A stretch of DNA of 64,000 bases from Vulcanimicrobiota bacterium (lineage in GTDB: Bacteria; Vulcanimicrobiota; Vulcanimicrobiia; Vulcanimicrobiales; Vulcanimicrobiaceae), in assembly GCA_963812155.1 (NCBI GenBank), contig CAWETW010000003.1, positions 864,001 to 928,000 of the forward strand, read 5' to 3'. This document shows positions 41,572 through 51,924 of this stretch, in pieces. Under the pieces are notes generated by a model, which saw nothing but the letters and a program-made list of their open reading frames with translations, was not told where the DNA came from and did not search any database. The first letter of the stretch is position 1; each line of letters opens with the position of its first letter. The translations under genes were made by a program, and so were the position numbers.

Positions 41572-42546
41572 GTGATAGAAAGAGCTCTTTTGTCGGCACT
41601 GATTGCGTTCTTGCCGGCCGAGGTGGTCGCGCAGGTCCCGCAACCGGAACCGTCGCCGACCCAGGCCGCGCCTGCGCCGCAGCCGTCACCCGGACCGGCG
41701 GCAGCCTCAAGGGAAGTCGATACGAGCAAACTGACACCCGAACAGCAGGCGAAACTCCAGCAAGCGATCATCAAAATCTCGCAGAACCCGGTTGGGAACA
41801 TCGCGATAGTGCCATTCCAGAATAACTTTAACTATGGCGTCGGTCCCTACACGAGGTACCAATATAACCTTAACGTCCAACCCGTCGTGCCGTTCATGCT
41901 GAGCAAGAACATGAACCTGGTTGCGCGGACGATTATTCCGCTGATCGACAATCCTTCGTTCGCGCCGCCGCAGGTCTGTGCGACCGCCGGCTGCCCGTGG
42001 ACCTTCGGCATCGGCGATATCCAAGAGCAACTCTATTTTGCGCCGAAGACCAAACCCGGAGGGCTGATTTGGGGAGCGGGACCGATCTTCCAGTTTCCGT
42101 CGGCATCGCCGGGATCGCTCGGGGCGGGGAAATGGGCGGTGGGGCCCGCGGCTGCCGGCTTGATCATGCCGGGGAACATCGTCACCGGTATGCTCGTCAC
42201 GCAGCTCTGGTCGTTTGCAGGCCAAGCAAATCGTCCGAGCATCAGCAGCGCACTGTTTCAGCCGTTTTTCAACTATAACTTGAAGGGCGGCTGGGCCATT
42301 TCCACCGCACCGATCATCACGGCGAACTGGGTCGCCGCGCAGAATAAATGGGCGGTTCCGTTGGGCGGCGGCCTCGCCCGGACGTTTAAAGCCGGCGATC
42401 AGCTAATGCAGCTGAGCGTATTCTACTATACGTACGTGACGCGACCGATTACCAATCCTCAGACGAATCTGAAGGTGGTATGGAGCCTGCTCTACCCGGT
42501 CAAGCGCGGCATCGACATTCAAGAGTTGATCAAAGAAAACCAATAA
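41572..42546 (+). CDS. Putative outer-membrane beta-barrel protein
   Basis: Signal peptide; SQNPVGNI, NVQPVVPF, GIGDI, WGAGPIFQFPSAS, QPFFNYN amphipathic strands. Confidence 0.7.
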   Translation: MIERALLSALIAFLPAEVVAQVPQPEPSPTQAAPAPQPSPGPAAASREVDTSKLTPEQQAKLQQAIIKISQNPVGNIAIVPFQNNFNYGVGPYTRYQYNLNVQPVVPFMLSKNMNLVARTIIPLIDNPSFAPPQVCATAGCPWTFGIGDIQEQLYFAPKTKPGGLIWGAGPIFQFPSASPGSLGAGKWAVGPAAAGLIMPGNIVTGMLVTQLWSFAGQANRPSISSALFQPFFNYNLKGGWAISTAPIITANWVAAQNKWAVPLGGGLARTFKAGDQLMQLSVFYYTYVTRPITNPQTNLKVVWSLLYPVKRGIDIQELIKENQ

Positions 42547-42586
42547 AATGCGGCGCGGCGGTGCTTCCACTGCCCGCCGGTATCGA

Positions 42587-43456
42587 CTAGTTCATAAAGG
42601 AGAGGCCCGGCGCCGACGTAATGTTGCGTTTGGCCGTTGATGAGCGTCGGCGAGAAGCCGTACTCGACGTCGAACTGCACGTGCTGTCCCAAGTCGCGCT
42701 GATAGATGAAATCGGCGAACGATTTGCCGCCGAGCGTCGGCCCTGCCTTCGAAAAATAGGCGTACTCGGCGCTGATCTGAGACGGACCGCCCGGCAACGC
42801 GGCGCTTAACTCAATCGTCGGCGTGAACGCGAAGTACGACTGCGGCACGCCGGGCGAGACAAAGGCGCTGAACGCGTTGAAGCCGAGCGTGCCCGAGAGG
42901 CCGAACTCGGAGTTTACGGTGTAGGCCCAGTTGAAATTGCCGGTGTACTGCGCGTTGCCGGCGCTGAACGCGGTTGCACCGGTCGGAATCGTGATGGCGG
43001 CGTTAACGCCCCAATCGGCATTAGATGTGTAGCCGAGTTCGTACTTGGCTCCGATTGCGAGATCGCTCATGCCGCCGACGGTGGTTCCGCCGACGGAGGA
43101 ATGGTTCTCGCTAATCGGTCCGACCTCGACGTCGAGGTGAGGATCGGCGGTGCCGATGCGAATGAGCGATTGCGGATACGTTGCCGTGTTTCCACCGCCG
43201 GCGCCGGTTGTGACGAGATTGGTGTAGCCGTTTTCGAGGACGACGTGTCCGGTCCGAACGGTGCAGACGCCGGTGCCGAACGTCGGACGATTGACGATCG
43301 AAAGCAGCGACCCGCAGGGATCGGACGGCGCCGAAGGCGTCGGGCTCGCGGTGGTCGGCGGCGTGGGCGAGGGCCGAGCGTGGATCGTGCGCCGCGCGGC
43401 AACCGCGAGAAGGCCGCTAGAGGAAAGCGACGGGCCAGACGTTAGGCGGTGGTCAT
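42587..43456 (-). CDS. Putative outer-membrane transporter (MetA-pathway phenol-degradation barrel-like); several indels, start uncertain
   Basis: DPCGSLLSIVNRPTFGTGVCTVRTGHVVLENGY, then SDLAIGAKYELG...QFDVEYG...YVGAG; likely true end AGLSFMN-TAG at 42587. Confidence 0.65.
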
Positions 43457-43517
43457 CGGAAAACGTCCGAGGACGGTCATCGGCAGCGTATCCTATCGCG
43501 CGCAGAACGCGCTGTCA

Positions 43518-43543
43518 ATCGTCCGTTCGGATGATCCGTTCGG
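43518..43543. promoter_or_regulatory. Palindrome and direct repeat upstream of the kdp operon (candidate response-regulator box)
   Basis: ATCGTCCG-TT-CGGATGAT inverted repeat (1 mismatch); TCCGTTCGG repeated at 43522 and 43535. Confidence 0.45.
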
Positions 43544-43591
43544 CGGCTATCGCGTGACCGCGGCGAACCGCCCGTATGCGTGGTAGGCGCC

Positions 43592-43675
43592 ATGCTTGAG
43601 ATCGGCGTCATCGTGCTCTCGATCGTGTGCTTCGTGATCCTCGACCTCTACGTTCTGGGTTGCGAGAAAGTGTGA
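43592..43675 (+). CDS. 27-aa hydrophobic peptide preceding kdpF
   Basis: MLEIGVIVLSIVCFVILDLYVLGCEKV*; single TM ending GCEKV, 4 nt before kdpF. Confidence 0.65.
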   Translation: MLEIGVIVLSIVCFVILDLYVLGCEKV

Positions 43676-43679
43676 GCCC

Positions 43680-43769
43680 GTGTCCTTCGATAACGCGCTC
43701 GGCCTCATGCTCACGGTCGCGGGCCTGGCGTATCTCGCATTCGCCATGCTTCGGCCGGAAAAATTCTAG
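43680..43769 (+). CDS. kdpF: K+-transporting ATPase subunit F
   Basis: MSFDNALGLMLTVAGLAYLAFAMLRPEKF*; YL...RPEKF signature; stop abuts the kdpA ATG. Confidence 0.9.
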   Translation: MSFDNALGLMLTVAGLAYLAFAMLRPEKF

Positions 43770-45469
43770 ATGACCGCAATCGGCTGGCTGCAAGCCATCG
43801 TCTTCTTTCTCATCGTGCTGGCACTGACCAAGCCGATCGGCCTCTACATGGCGCGCGTGTTCGCCGGCGAGCGCACGTGGCTGTCTCCCGTATTGCGGCC
43901 GATCGAGAAAATCGTCTATCGCCTCGGCGGTGTTCGCGAAGACGAGGAGATGCCGTGGTACGCCTACGCGCTGTCGATGCTCGCGTTCTCAGTCATCGGC
44001 CTCATCTATCTCTACGTTCTTTTGCGCACGCAAAAGTGGCTGCCGTTCAATCCGCAGCATTTCGACAACATGGCTCCCGACCTCGCCTGGAACACCGCGG
44101 TCAGCTTCCTCACCAACACGAACTGGCAGTTCTACTCCGGCGAGAGCACGATGAGTTATCTCTCGCAGATGGCGGGATTGGCGTGGCATAACTTCGTCTC
44201 CGCGGCCGTCGGCATCGCCATCGCGGTCGCCGTCATCCGCGGCGTCGTGCGAACGACGGCGAAGACGCTCGGAAACTTTTGGGTCGATCTCACGCGCTGC
44301 TCGCTCTACGTTTTGTTGCCGATCTCGATCGTCATCGGTCTCTTCTTGGTGGCGCAGGGCGTTCCGCAGAACTTCCACGCGTATCAGGACGTCAAGTCGA
44401 TCGAAGGGTTTGCGCAATCGATTACCGGCGGCCCGATGGCATCGCAAGAAGTCATCAAGGAGCTCGGCACGAACGGCGGCGGCTTCGTCAACGCGAACTC
44501 CGCGTCGCCGAACGAGAATCCCAATCCGCTGACCAATCTCGTCGAAATGGTGCTGATCTTTTCGCTCGGCGCGGGTTTGACGTATACGTACGGCCGGATG
44601 GTCAAGGACACGCGGCAGGGCTGGGCGATCTTCACCGCGATGTCGATCATCTTCTTCGTCGGTTTCACGACCGCGTATTGGGCCGAAGCGGCGGGCAATC
44701 CGCTGGTGCATCAGCTCGGCGTCGCGGGCGCCAACATGGAAGGCAAGGAGTGCCGCTTCGGCGCTGCGGCGTCGGCCTTGTTTGCGACGGTGACGACCGA
44801 TACGTCGTGCGGTGCGGTCAACTCCATGCACGATTCGTTCATGCCGCTCGGCGGTCTCGTACCGCTGGTGAACATGCAGCTCGGCGAGATCATCTTCGGC
44901 GGCGTCGGCAGCGGCCTGTACGGCATGATCGTCTTCGTCGTGCTCACGGTGTTCATCGCCGGCCTGATGGTCGGCCGCACGCCGGAGTTTCTCGGAAAGA
45001 AGATCGAGCGCCGCGAGGTGCAGTTCGCGATCCTAGCCGTGCTCGTCACGCCCGTCTTGGTTTTGGTTCCGACGGCGGTGGCGGCGATCGTGCCGGCCGG
45101 GCTGGCAACGCTGAACAACGCCGGACCGCACGGATTCTCGGAAATCCTCTACGCGTTCACCTCGACGAACGCCAACAACGGTTCGGCCTTCGCCGGCCTC
45201 GGATCGAATCTGTTCTACAACATCGTCACCGGCATCAACATGATGTTCGGACGCTTTACCGTCGCGATCCCGGCGCTCGCACTCGCGGGAGCGCTTGCCG
45301 GAAAGAAAGCCGTTCCCGAGGGCGCGGCACGTTCACGACCCACTCGCCGATCTTCGTCGCGCTGCTGATCGGCGTGATCGTCATCGTCGGCGCGCTGACG
45401 TTTCTCCCGGCCGACGCGCTCGGGCCGATCGTCGAACACCTCCTCGTCTATCAAGGAAAGACGTTCTAG
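43770..45469 (+). CDS. kdpA: K+-transporting ATPase subunit A (indel near 45325)
   Basis: NTAVSFLTNTNWQ, KELGTNGGG, GGVGSGLYG, NNGSAFAGL. Confidence 0.96.
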
Positions 45470-47532
45470 TGTTATCCGCACGCCGTCTGGAGCGCCGCCC
45501 GAAGGCCCGTTCGCTCTTCGATCGCGCGATCGTCGTTCGCGCGCATCGGAGATTCGTTCAAGAAACTCGACCCGCGATGGCAGGTGCGCAATCCGGTCAT
45601 GTTCGTCGTGGAAGTCGGCGCGCTCGTTACGACCTTCTTTTTCGTCCGCGACCTCATCCAGCACAACGGCAGCGCCGGCTTCGATTTTGCGATCTCCGCT
45701 TGGCTGTGGTTCACGGTGCTCTTCGCCAACTTCGCCGAAGCGGTCGCCGAAGGCCGCGGCAAGGCGCAAGCCGATTATCTGCGGCGCACCAAGTCCGATA
45801 CGACGGCGCGTTGCTCACCGACGGAAACGTCGAAGAGATCGTTCCGAGCACGAGCTTGCGCAAGGGCGACCGCTTCGTCGTCGACGGCCGACGAGATCAT
45901 CGCCGCCGACGGCGAGGTGCTCGAAGGTGCGGCTACGGTCGACGAATCGGCGATCACCGGCGAATCCGCGCCGGTCATCCGCGAATCCGGCGGCGATCGC
46001 AGCGCGGTCACCGGCGGCACGCGCGTGCTCTCCGATCGCATCGTCGTGCGCGTCACGGCCAATCCCGGCGAAAGTTTTCTCGATCGCATGATCTCGCTCG
46101 TCGAGGGCGCGCAGCGGCAGAAGACGCCCAACGAGATCGCGCTGTCGATCCTGCTCGCGGGCCTCACGATCATCTTCGTGATCGCGGTTGCGACGCTCGC
46201 TGCCGTTCTCGATCTATGCGGGCACGACGCAGAGCGTGACCGTGCTGATCGCGCTTGCTCGTATGTCTCATCCCGACGACGATCGGCGGATTGCTGTCGG
46301 CGATCGGCATCGCCGGCATGGACCGCGTCATGCAGCGCAACGTCTTGGCGATGAGCGGCCGCGCGGTCGAAGCCGCCGGCGACGTCGATACGCTGCTGCT
46401 CGACAAGACCGGCACGATCACGCTCGGCAATCGCCAGGCCGTCGAAATCATCTGCGCTGCAGGGCATCGACCCGAAAGATGCCGCCCGCATCGCGTATCT
46501 CTCGTCGCTTGCCGACGAAACGCCGGAAGGACGTTCGATCGTCGCGCTGGCGCAGCAGAGCAGGGCTCGCGCGACGGCGAAGTCCCGAGGGCGCGACGTT
46601 CGTGCCGTTCAGCGCGTACACGCGCATGAGCGGCGTGGACATGGCCGACGGCACGAAGATCCGCAAAGGCGCGCCGGACTCCGTCCTCGCGTGGGTGCGC
46701 GAACCGGGCGGGAATCCATCGGCCGAGCTGTCGCCGCACGTCGAGCGCATCGCGCGCAGCGGCGGCACGCCGTTGCTGCTGGCGCGCAACACGCTCGTCC
46801 TCGGCGTGATCTACCTCAAGGACATTCTCAAGCCGAACATGCGCGAGCGGTTCGACCGTCTGCGCGCGATGGGAATTCGCACCGTGATGATTACCGGCGA
46901 CAATCCGCTCACGGCGGCGACGATCGCCAAGGAAGCCGGCGTCGACGACTTCCTCGCCGAGGCGACGCCCGAGACGAAGATGGATCTGATCAAGCGCGAG
47001 CAGACCTCGGGCCGTCTCGTCGCCATGACCGGCGACGGTACGAACGACGCTCCGGCGTTGGCGCAAGCCGACGTCGGCGTCGCGATGAACTCGGGCACGC
47101 AGGCGGCAAAAGAAGCCGGCAACATGGTCGATCTCGACTCCGATCCCACCAAACTGATCGAGATCGTCGAGATCGGCAAGCAGCTGCTCATGACGCGCGG
47201 CGCCCTCACGACGTTCTCGATCGCCAACGACGTGGCGAAGTATTTTGCGATTCTGCCGGCGATGTTCGCGATTGCGTACAAGCCGATGGAGCTGCTCAAC
47301 GTCATGCGTCTCGCGACGCCGCAAAGCGCGATTCTCTCGGCCGTCATCTTCAACGCGCTGATCATCATCGCGCTGATTCCGCTCGCATTGCGCGGCGTGA
47401 AGTACGTGCCGAAAGGCGCCAATGCGGTGCTCTTCGAGAACGTCATGCTCTACGGCGTCGGCGGCATCATCATCCCGTTCGTCGGCATCAAAGCTCATCG
47501 ACATGATCCTTACTGCCCTTCATTTGACGTAG
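45469..47532 (+). CDS. kdpB: K+-transporting ATPase subunit B, P-type (several indels)
   Basis: [38 protein letters not shown]. Confidence 0.96.
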
Positions 47533-47540
47533 AGGTTCTC

Positions 47541-48115
47541 ATGTTACGATATTTCGGCACTTCGCTGCGGATGACGATCGTGAGCATCGTCTTGCTCGGA
47601 TTGATCTATCCGCTGGCCATGACGGGAATCGCGCAAGTGCTCTTCCCGAAACAGGCGAACGGCTCGCTCGTGGTCGTGAACGGGAAAGTCGTCGGATCGT
47701 GGATCATCGGCCAACTCTGGACGAAGCCGCAGTACTTTCAGGGGCGCCCGTCGGCAGCCGGAAAGGGCTACGACCCCACGTCGACCGGCGGCACGAACCT
47801 CGGGCCAACGTCGGCGAAACTGTTGAAGGCGACGAAAGCGACGATCGCACAGCTCGAAAAGACAATCCGGACGCAAACGGAGCGCCGCCGATCGATCTCG
47901 TGACGTCGAGCGCGAGCGGCATCGATCCCGACATCACGCCTGAGGCTGCGTATTGGGAGGCGCCGCGCGTCGCTAAGGCGCGCCACCGTTCGCTCGATTC
48001 GGTGCGGTCGCTGATCGCGTCGCACGTGCAGGGACGGCAGTTCGGGTTCCTCGGCGAGCCGCACGTCAACGTACTCGAACTCAATCTCGCGCTCGACGGC
48101 GTGAAGCCCGAGTGA
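47541..48115 (+). CDS. kdpC: K+-transporting ATPase subunit C (indel near 47860)
   Basis: [41 protein letters not shown]. Confidence 0.95.
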
Positions 48116-48128
48116 ACGCGCCTTCGCC

Positions 48129-48195
48129 CTTCGACTACGCCGCGGAGCCTGTGCTGAGCGAGCGAAGCGAGTCGAAGTGCTCCCCTCAGGATGAC
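48129..48195. repeat. REP-like palindromic repeat element between convergent genes
   Basis: CTTCGACT...AGTCGAAG inverted repeat, internal GCTGAGCGAGCGAAGCG and terminal CTCAGGATGAC, which also occurs at 8389-8399. Confidence 0.55.
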
Positions 48196-50312
48196 GGAGT
48201 CGGTTCGTCGCTGGTTTGAGGCGGCGTGAGAACGAGGAGCTCGCGTGCGCCGGCATCGAGTAAGGCGCCGGGCGAACGACGATTTCGTAAGCCATCGCGG
48301 TGTGCGTGCGCGCCGGCAAGCGCGATCGTCGTCTCCGGGCGTTGTCGCGCGATTTCGATCAGGCGTTTCGGGACATCCGGTGCCGTGGCCTCAATCCATT
48401 CGACGTTCGTCTTGCGCGCCTCGGCGCGCAGCCGCTCGACGACCGCCGGATCGAGGGTACGTTTGGGGCTCGTGACGTGGGCGATCGCAAAATCGATCGC
48501 GAGACGAGCGGCAATGCGGCCGGCACGGGCGATCGTGGGCAGCTCTTCGATGCGCGGCGCAACGCTGAGCAGAAGGCGTTCGAACGGCGACGGAATTTGC
48601 TCGCGGAACCGGGCTCGCAGCGCTTCCCGAATGGCCAGTTCGCGTAGCGCGATGAGATTTTCCGTTTTGAAAAAGTTCGTGAGCGCCGTGTCGACGCGAT
48701 CGAGAGGATAGATCTTCCCATCGCGTAGGCGCTGGCGCAACGTGTCGGGCGTCACGTCGATCAGAACCACGTCGTCGGCGAGCGAAAGGATTCCGTCGGG
48801 AAGCGTTTCGCGAACGATCGTACCGGTAAGACGCCGGACGGTATCGCCAAGGCCCTCGAGATGCTGGATATTGAGCGTCGTGACGACGTCAATGCCTGCC
48901 CGCAAGACGGCAAGCACGTCGTGAAAACGCTTCGGCGCGACGGAGCCGGGCGCGTTGGTATGGGCGAGTTCGTCAACGAGCGCGACCCGCGGATGACGCG
49001 CAATCAATGCGTCGCGATCGAATTCCCGGTACGTCGTTGCGTTGACGACGGTCGTCTTCGGCGCGAGTACCGTGAGACCGTCGAGCAGCGCGGCGGTTTC
49101 TTTGCGGCCGTGCGTTTCGACGAAACCGGCGACGACGTCTACGCCTTCGGCCTGCATTTGGTGGGCGCGGTCGAGCATGGCGTAGGTCTTGCCGGCGCCG
49201 GCGGCCGCACCTAAATAGACCGTGAGTTTGCCATAGCCCATGCGCAATCGATCGCCCGTAGTGGAGGAGTACGGCGAGCGCGCCGGATTTTCAACCAGGA
49301 ACGTCTGTCCGGTTCCGACGACGAACAGATCGCAGGCGAGTGCGGAGTTTGCGAGCTTCGTGGCTTCCTTGCCGTTCGGAATGGCAATTAATGCCGGCCG
49401 AAGGCGGCCGCGTGCGACCTGCGCGGGCTCGACTCGGTCACGGAAAATTTCTCCACCGAGCTCGCGAACGATGGGCTCGAGGGGGGCAGCATCGGTTCCG
49501 GCCGTGGGCACGACCTCGAGTCCCAAATCGAGGGCGCCGGCGATTGCCGCGGTGCGCTTGAGAAATGGCGCGGGGTCTACGTTTGGGTAGACGAACGCCG
49601 TTGCCGTCGAACTGCGCGCGGCTTTGATCGCCGGAAGCGTCAACGTGTCGAGCGTGCGCAGCAGCAGTTCGCGCAGCATGTAGAGCGTCTGCTCCTTGAA
49701 TGCTCCGTTGAGCGCGCGATCGATGTCTTGTTCGTTGACGATCTTTCCAGCCTGCACGCGGCTACGCAGCAGGCGCGCCGACACGTCGAGCGCGATGACC
49801 TCATCGGCACTCTGCAAAAACGAAAGCGGGATGATCTCGCGCACGGGATATCCGACGAGCGCTTCGGCCGTGGGGGCAACCGTTTCGAGATGGGCGATGT
49901 TGAACGTGCCGACGACGCTAATGCCGGATTCGCGCAACGCCAGCGCATCTTGCCAGCGCTTGGCATGTACGGCGCCTTCGAGGTTATCGTGGGCGAGTTC
50001 GTCGAGCAGCAGCACGTCGGGGTGCAACCGGACGGCGGCGTCATAGTCGAAGTCGTCGAAAACGCTGCTGCCGACGACGACACGACGCGGCGTAACGCGA
50101 GGGATCGCGGCGGCCGCGATTTCGAGATCGGGCCTTCCTTTCGTCTCGACCCAGCCGATGGCGACGCTTTTGCCGGCAGCTTGGAGGCGACGGCCGTCTT
50201 CGAGCAGGCGACGGGTCTTGCCGGCACCGGGTGCACTCGCGACGTAGACGACCAAGCGCGCGTGATGCCCGAGTTCCCGAAGGATTTCCTCGGCGCGCGC
50301 GCTCCTTTCCAT
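48186..50312 (-). CDS. Soluble protein with two tandem KdpD N-terminal sensor domains, each followed by a Usp-like region; no TM or kinase domain
   Basis: YVASAPGAGKT...DELAHDN...KRWQD and YLGAAAGAGKTYAML...VETHGR...DELAHTNAPGS...TTLNIQHLE...NLIALRELA. Confidence 0.88.
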   Translation of the reverse strand: MERSARAEEILRELGHHARLVVYVASAPGAGKTRRLLEDGRRLQAAGKSVAIGWVETKGRPDLEIAAAAIPRVTPRRVVVGSSVFDDFDYDAAVRLHPDVLLLDELAHDNLEGAVHAKRWQDALALRESGISVVGTFNIAHLETVAPTAEALVGYPVREIIPLSFLQSADEVIALDVSARLLRSRVQAGKIVNEQDIDRALNGAFKEQTLYMLRELLLRTLDTLTLPAIKAARSSTATAFVYPNVDPAPFLKRTAAIAGALDLGLEVVPTAGTDAAPLEPIVRELGGEIFRDRVEPAQVARGRLRPALIAIPNGKEATKLANSALACDLFVVGTGQTFLVENPARSPYSSTTGDRLRMGYGKLTVYLGAAAGAGKTYAMLDRAHQMQAEGVDVVAGFVETHGRKETAALLDGLTVLAPKTTVVNATTYREFDRDALIARHPRVALVDELAHTNAPGSVAPKRFHDVLAVLRAGIDVVTTLNIQHLEGLGDTVRRLTGTIVRETLPDGILSLADDVVLIDVTPDTLRQRLRDGKIYPLDRVDTALTNFFKTENLIALRELAIREALRARFREQIPSPFERLLLSVAPRIEELPTIARAGRIAARLAIDFAIAHVTSPKRTLDPAVVERLRAEARKTNVEWIEATAPDVPKRLIEIARQRPETTIALAGAHAHRDGLRNRRSPGALLDAGARELLVLTPPQTSDEPTPSS

Positions 50313-50334
50313 TGCGTTGCCGGTTCTGCACGGC

Positions 50335-51924
50335 ATGCAAGGCACCCCCGCCGCCGTCGAGAAGGCGTGGCGAATGGCCATCCTGTGCTATGCATTGCTG
50401 ATTGCGGCGTGGCTCGTCGATTTGTTCACGCCGCAACTCTTCGTTGCAGCGATCTTACTGAACGGCCCGATCGCGCTCAGCAGCCTTGCATTGCAGCGGC
50501 GGCTCACCGCGCAGCTCGTCGTAGCAGCCGAGATCGCAAATGCGATTGCCGGCTACGTAAACGGAGTGCAGGCCGGCCGTCATTGGGACGTCGTCGCCAT
50601 CGCCGATCGCCTGCTGCTGGCCGCGTCATTCGTGCTCGTGGGATATATGAGCATCAAGACGCAAGAGTTTGCTCGCGAAGCCGGCGAGTCTGCCGGCCGA
50701 ATGCGTCAAATACAAATCGAACGAGCGCTGCGCGAAGCGACGGGCCGCGTGCGGGAGACCCTTAACGTCGAACTCGTTCAGCGCGCGATTCTTCGTGAGT
50801 CGCTGAGGCTGCTCGGCGCCTCGGCGGCAATGCTGATCGAGCGCGATTCGGCCTTCTCGTTGCCGCTGATCATCGAGCTCACCGGCGGCGATGCGGAGAT
50901 CACCTTCGAGCGCCGCACGTTGTCGACGGAACTCGCATCGCTGGCTCAACGTGCGCGCGAAAGTCCCGGGGTTACGCGAGTTTCCTCAAACGACGCCCTG
51001 GGGCGCATGACGATCGAAGCACTGGGTGCGCGCGAAGTATTGGCGTCGCGCGTACGCGCTGCGGGTGCGGCCTCCGACGACGTGCTGGTCGAACTGGCGA
51101 AAGGGGAGAGCCGGTTTGCGGGCGACGCCGTGACGGCGATGCAAGCGTTTGCCGAGCAGGCCGGCATCGCACTGGAGCAAGCTCGCCTGTTCGCACAGCT
51201 CGGCGAACGAAACGACGAAATCGCGCGTCAAAAGGACGAACTCGCGCGCCGTACCGAAGTGATTCGCGATCTCGTATACGCACTGGCACACGATCTGCGA
51301 ACGCCGTTGGCGGCCGCCGACGTCACGATGAAACAAGCCATGGCGGGGGCCTATGGAGAACTTCCGCCGCGGTATGCGGAAATTCTGCGCGCGACGCTCG
51401 CCGCGAACGAGGATCAGCGCCGCATGGTCGAGTCGTTGCTGCTGATCGCCCGCTACGAAGCCGGTGAAGAATCGACCCTTCACGAATCGATCTCGGCTGC
51501 GCCGCTCATCGCGAGCGTGGTCGAGGAGTTACGACCGGTAGCCGAGAGCCGGAAGGTGCACCTGACGAGCGATGCCGCCGACCGCGACCTTCCGATCCTC
51601 GGCGATCCGTACGAGCTGCGGCGCGCCTTCATGAACCTGATTGCGAATGCGATCGCGGCGACTCCGGAAGGCGGAACGATTAGCGTTCGCGGTGAGCGCT
51701 CCGAGGGCGAGGTGAAGATCGCGATCGACGACGACGGATATGGCGTGCCTGCCGAACTGCGGCCGTCGCTGTTCACGCGGTTCGGCAGAGCGCGCTCCAG
51801 CGGCGGCAGTGGACTGGGACTCTATATCGTCCGGCGCATCGTCGAAAAGCACGGCGGGACCGTTATGTTCGAACCACGCGATCCACGCGGAAGCACGTTT
51901 ACGGTGAGGCTGCCCGCCGCATGA
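50335..51924 (+). CDS. Membrane sensor histidine kinase (TM bundle, GAF-like, HisKA, HATPase)
   Basis: Hydrophobic N-terminus; FAEQAGIALEQARL; AHDLRTPL; NLIANA, DDGYG, GSGLGL. Confidence 0.9.
   Translation: MQGTPAAVEKAWRMAILCYALLIAAWLVDLFTPQLFVAAILLNGPIALSSLALQRRLTAQLVVAAEIANAIAGYVNGVQAGRHWDVVAIADRLLLAASFVLVGYMSIKTQEFAREAGESAGRMRQIQIERALREATGRVRETLNVELVQRAILRESLRLLGASAAMLIERDSAFSLPLIIELTGGDAEITFERRTLSTELASLAQRARESPGVTRVSSNDALGRMTIEALGAREVLASRVRAAGAASDDVLVELAKGESRFAGDAVTAMQAFAEQAGIALEQARLFAQLGERNDEIARQKDELARRTEVIRDLVYALAHDLRTPLAAADVTMKQAMAGAYGELPPRYAEILRATLAANEDQRRMVESLLLIARYEAGEESTLHESISAAPLIASVVEELRPVAESRKVHLTSDAADRDLPILGDPYELRRAFMNLIANAIAATPEGGTISVRGERSEGEVKIAIDDDGYGVPAELRPSLFTRFGRARSSGGSGLGLYIVRRIVEKHGGTVMFEPRDPRGSTFTVRLPAA

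Noticed and set aside
46188..47903. Apparent KdpB-KdpC fusion
   Set aside because: An indel near 47490 bypasses the normal kdpB end ([15 protein letters not shown] 47532); kdpC has its own RBS and ATG.
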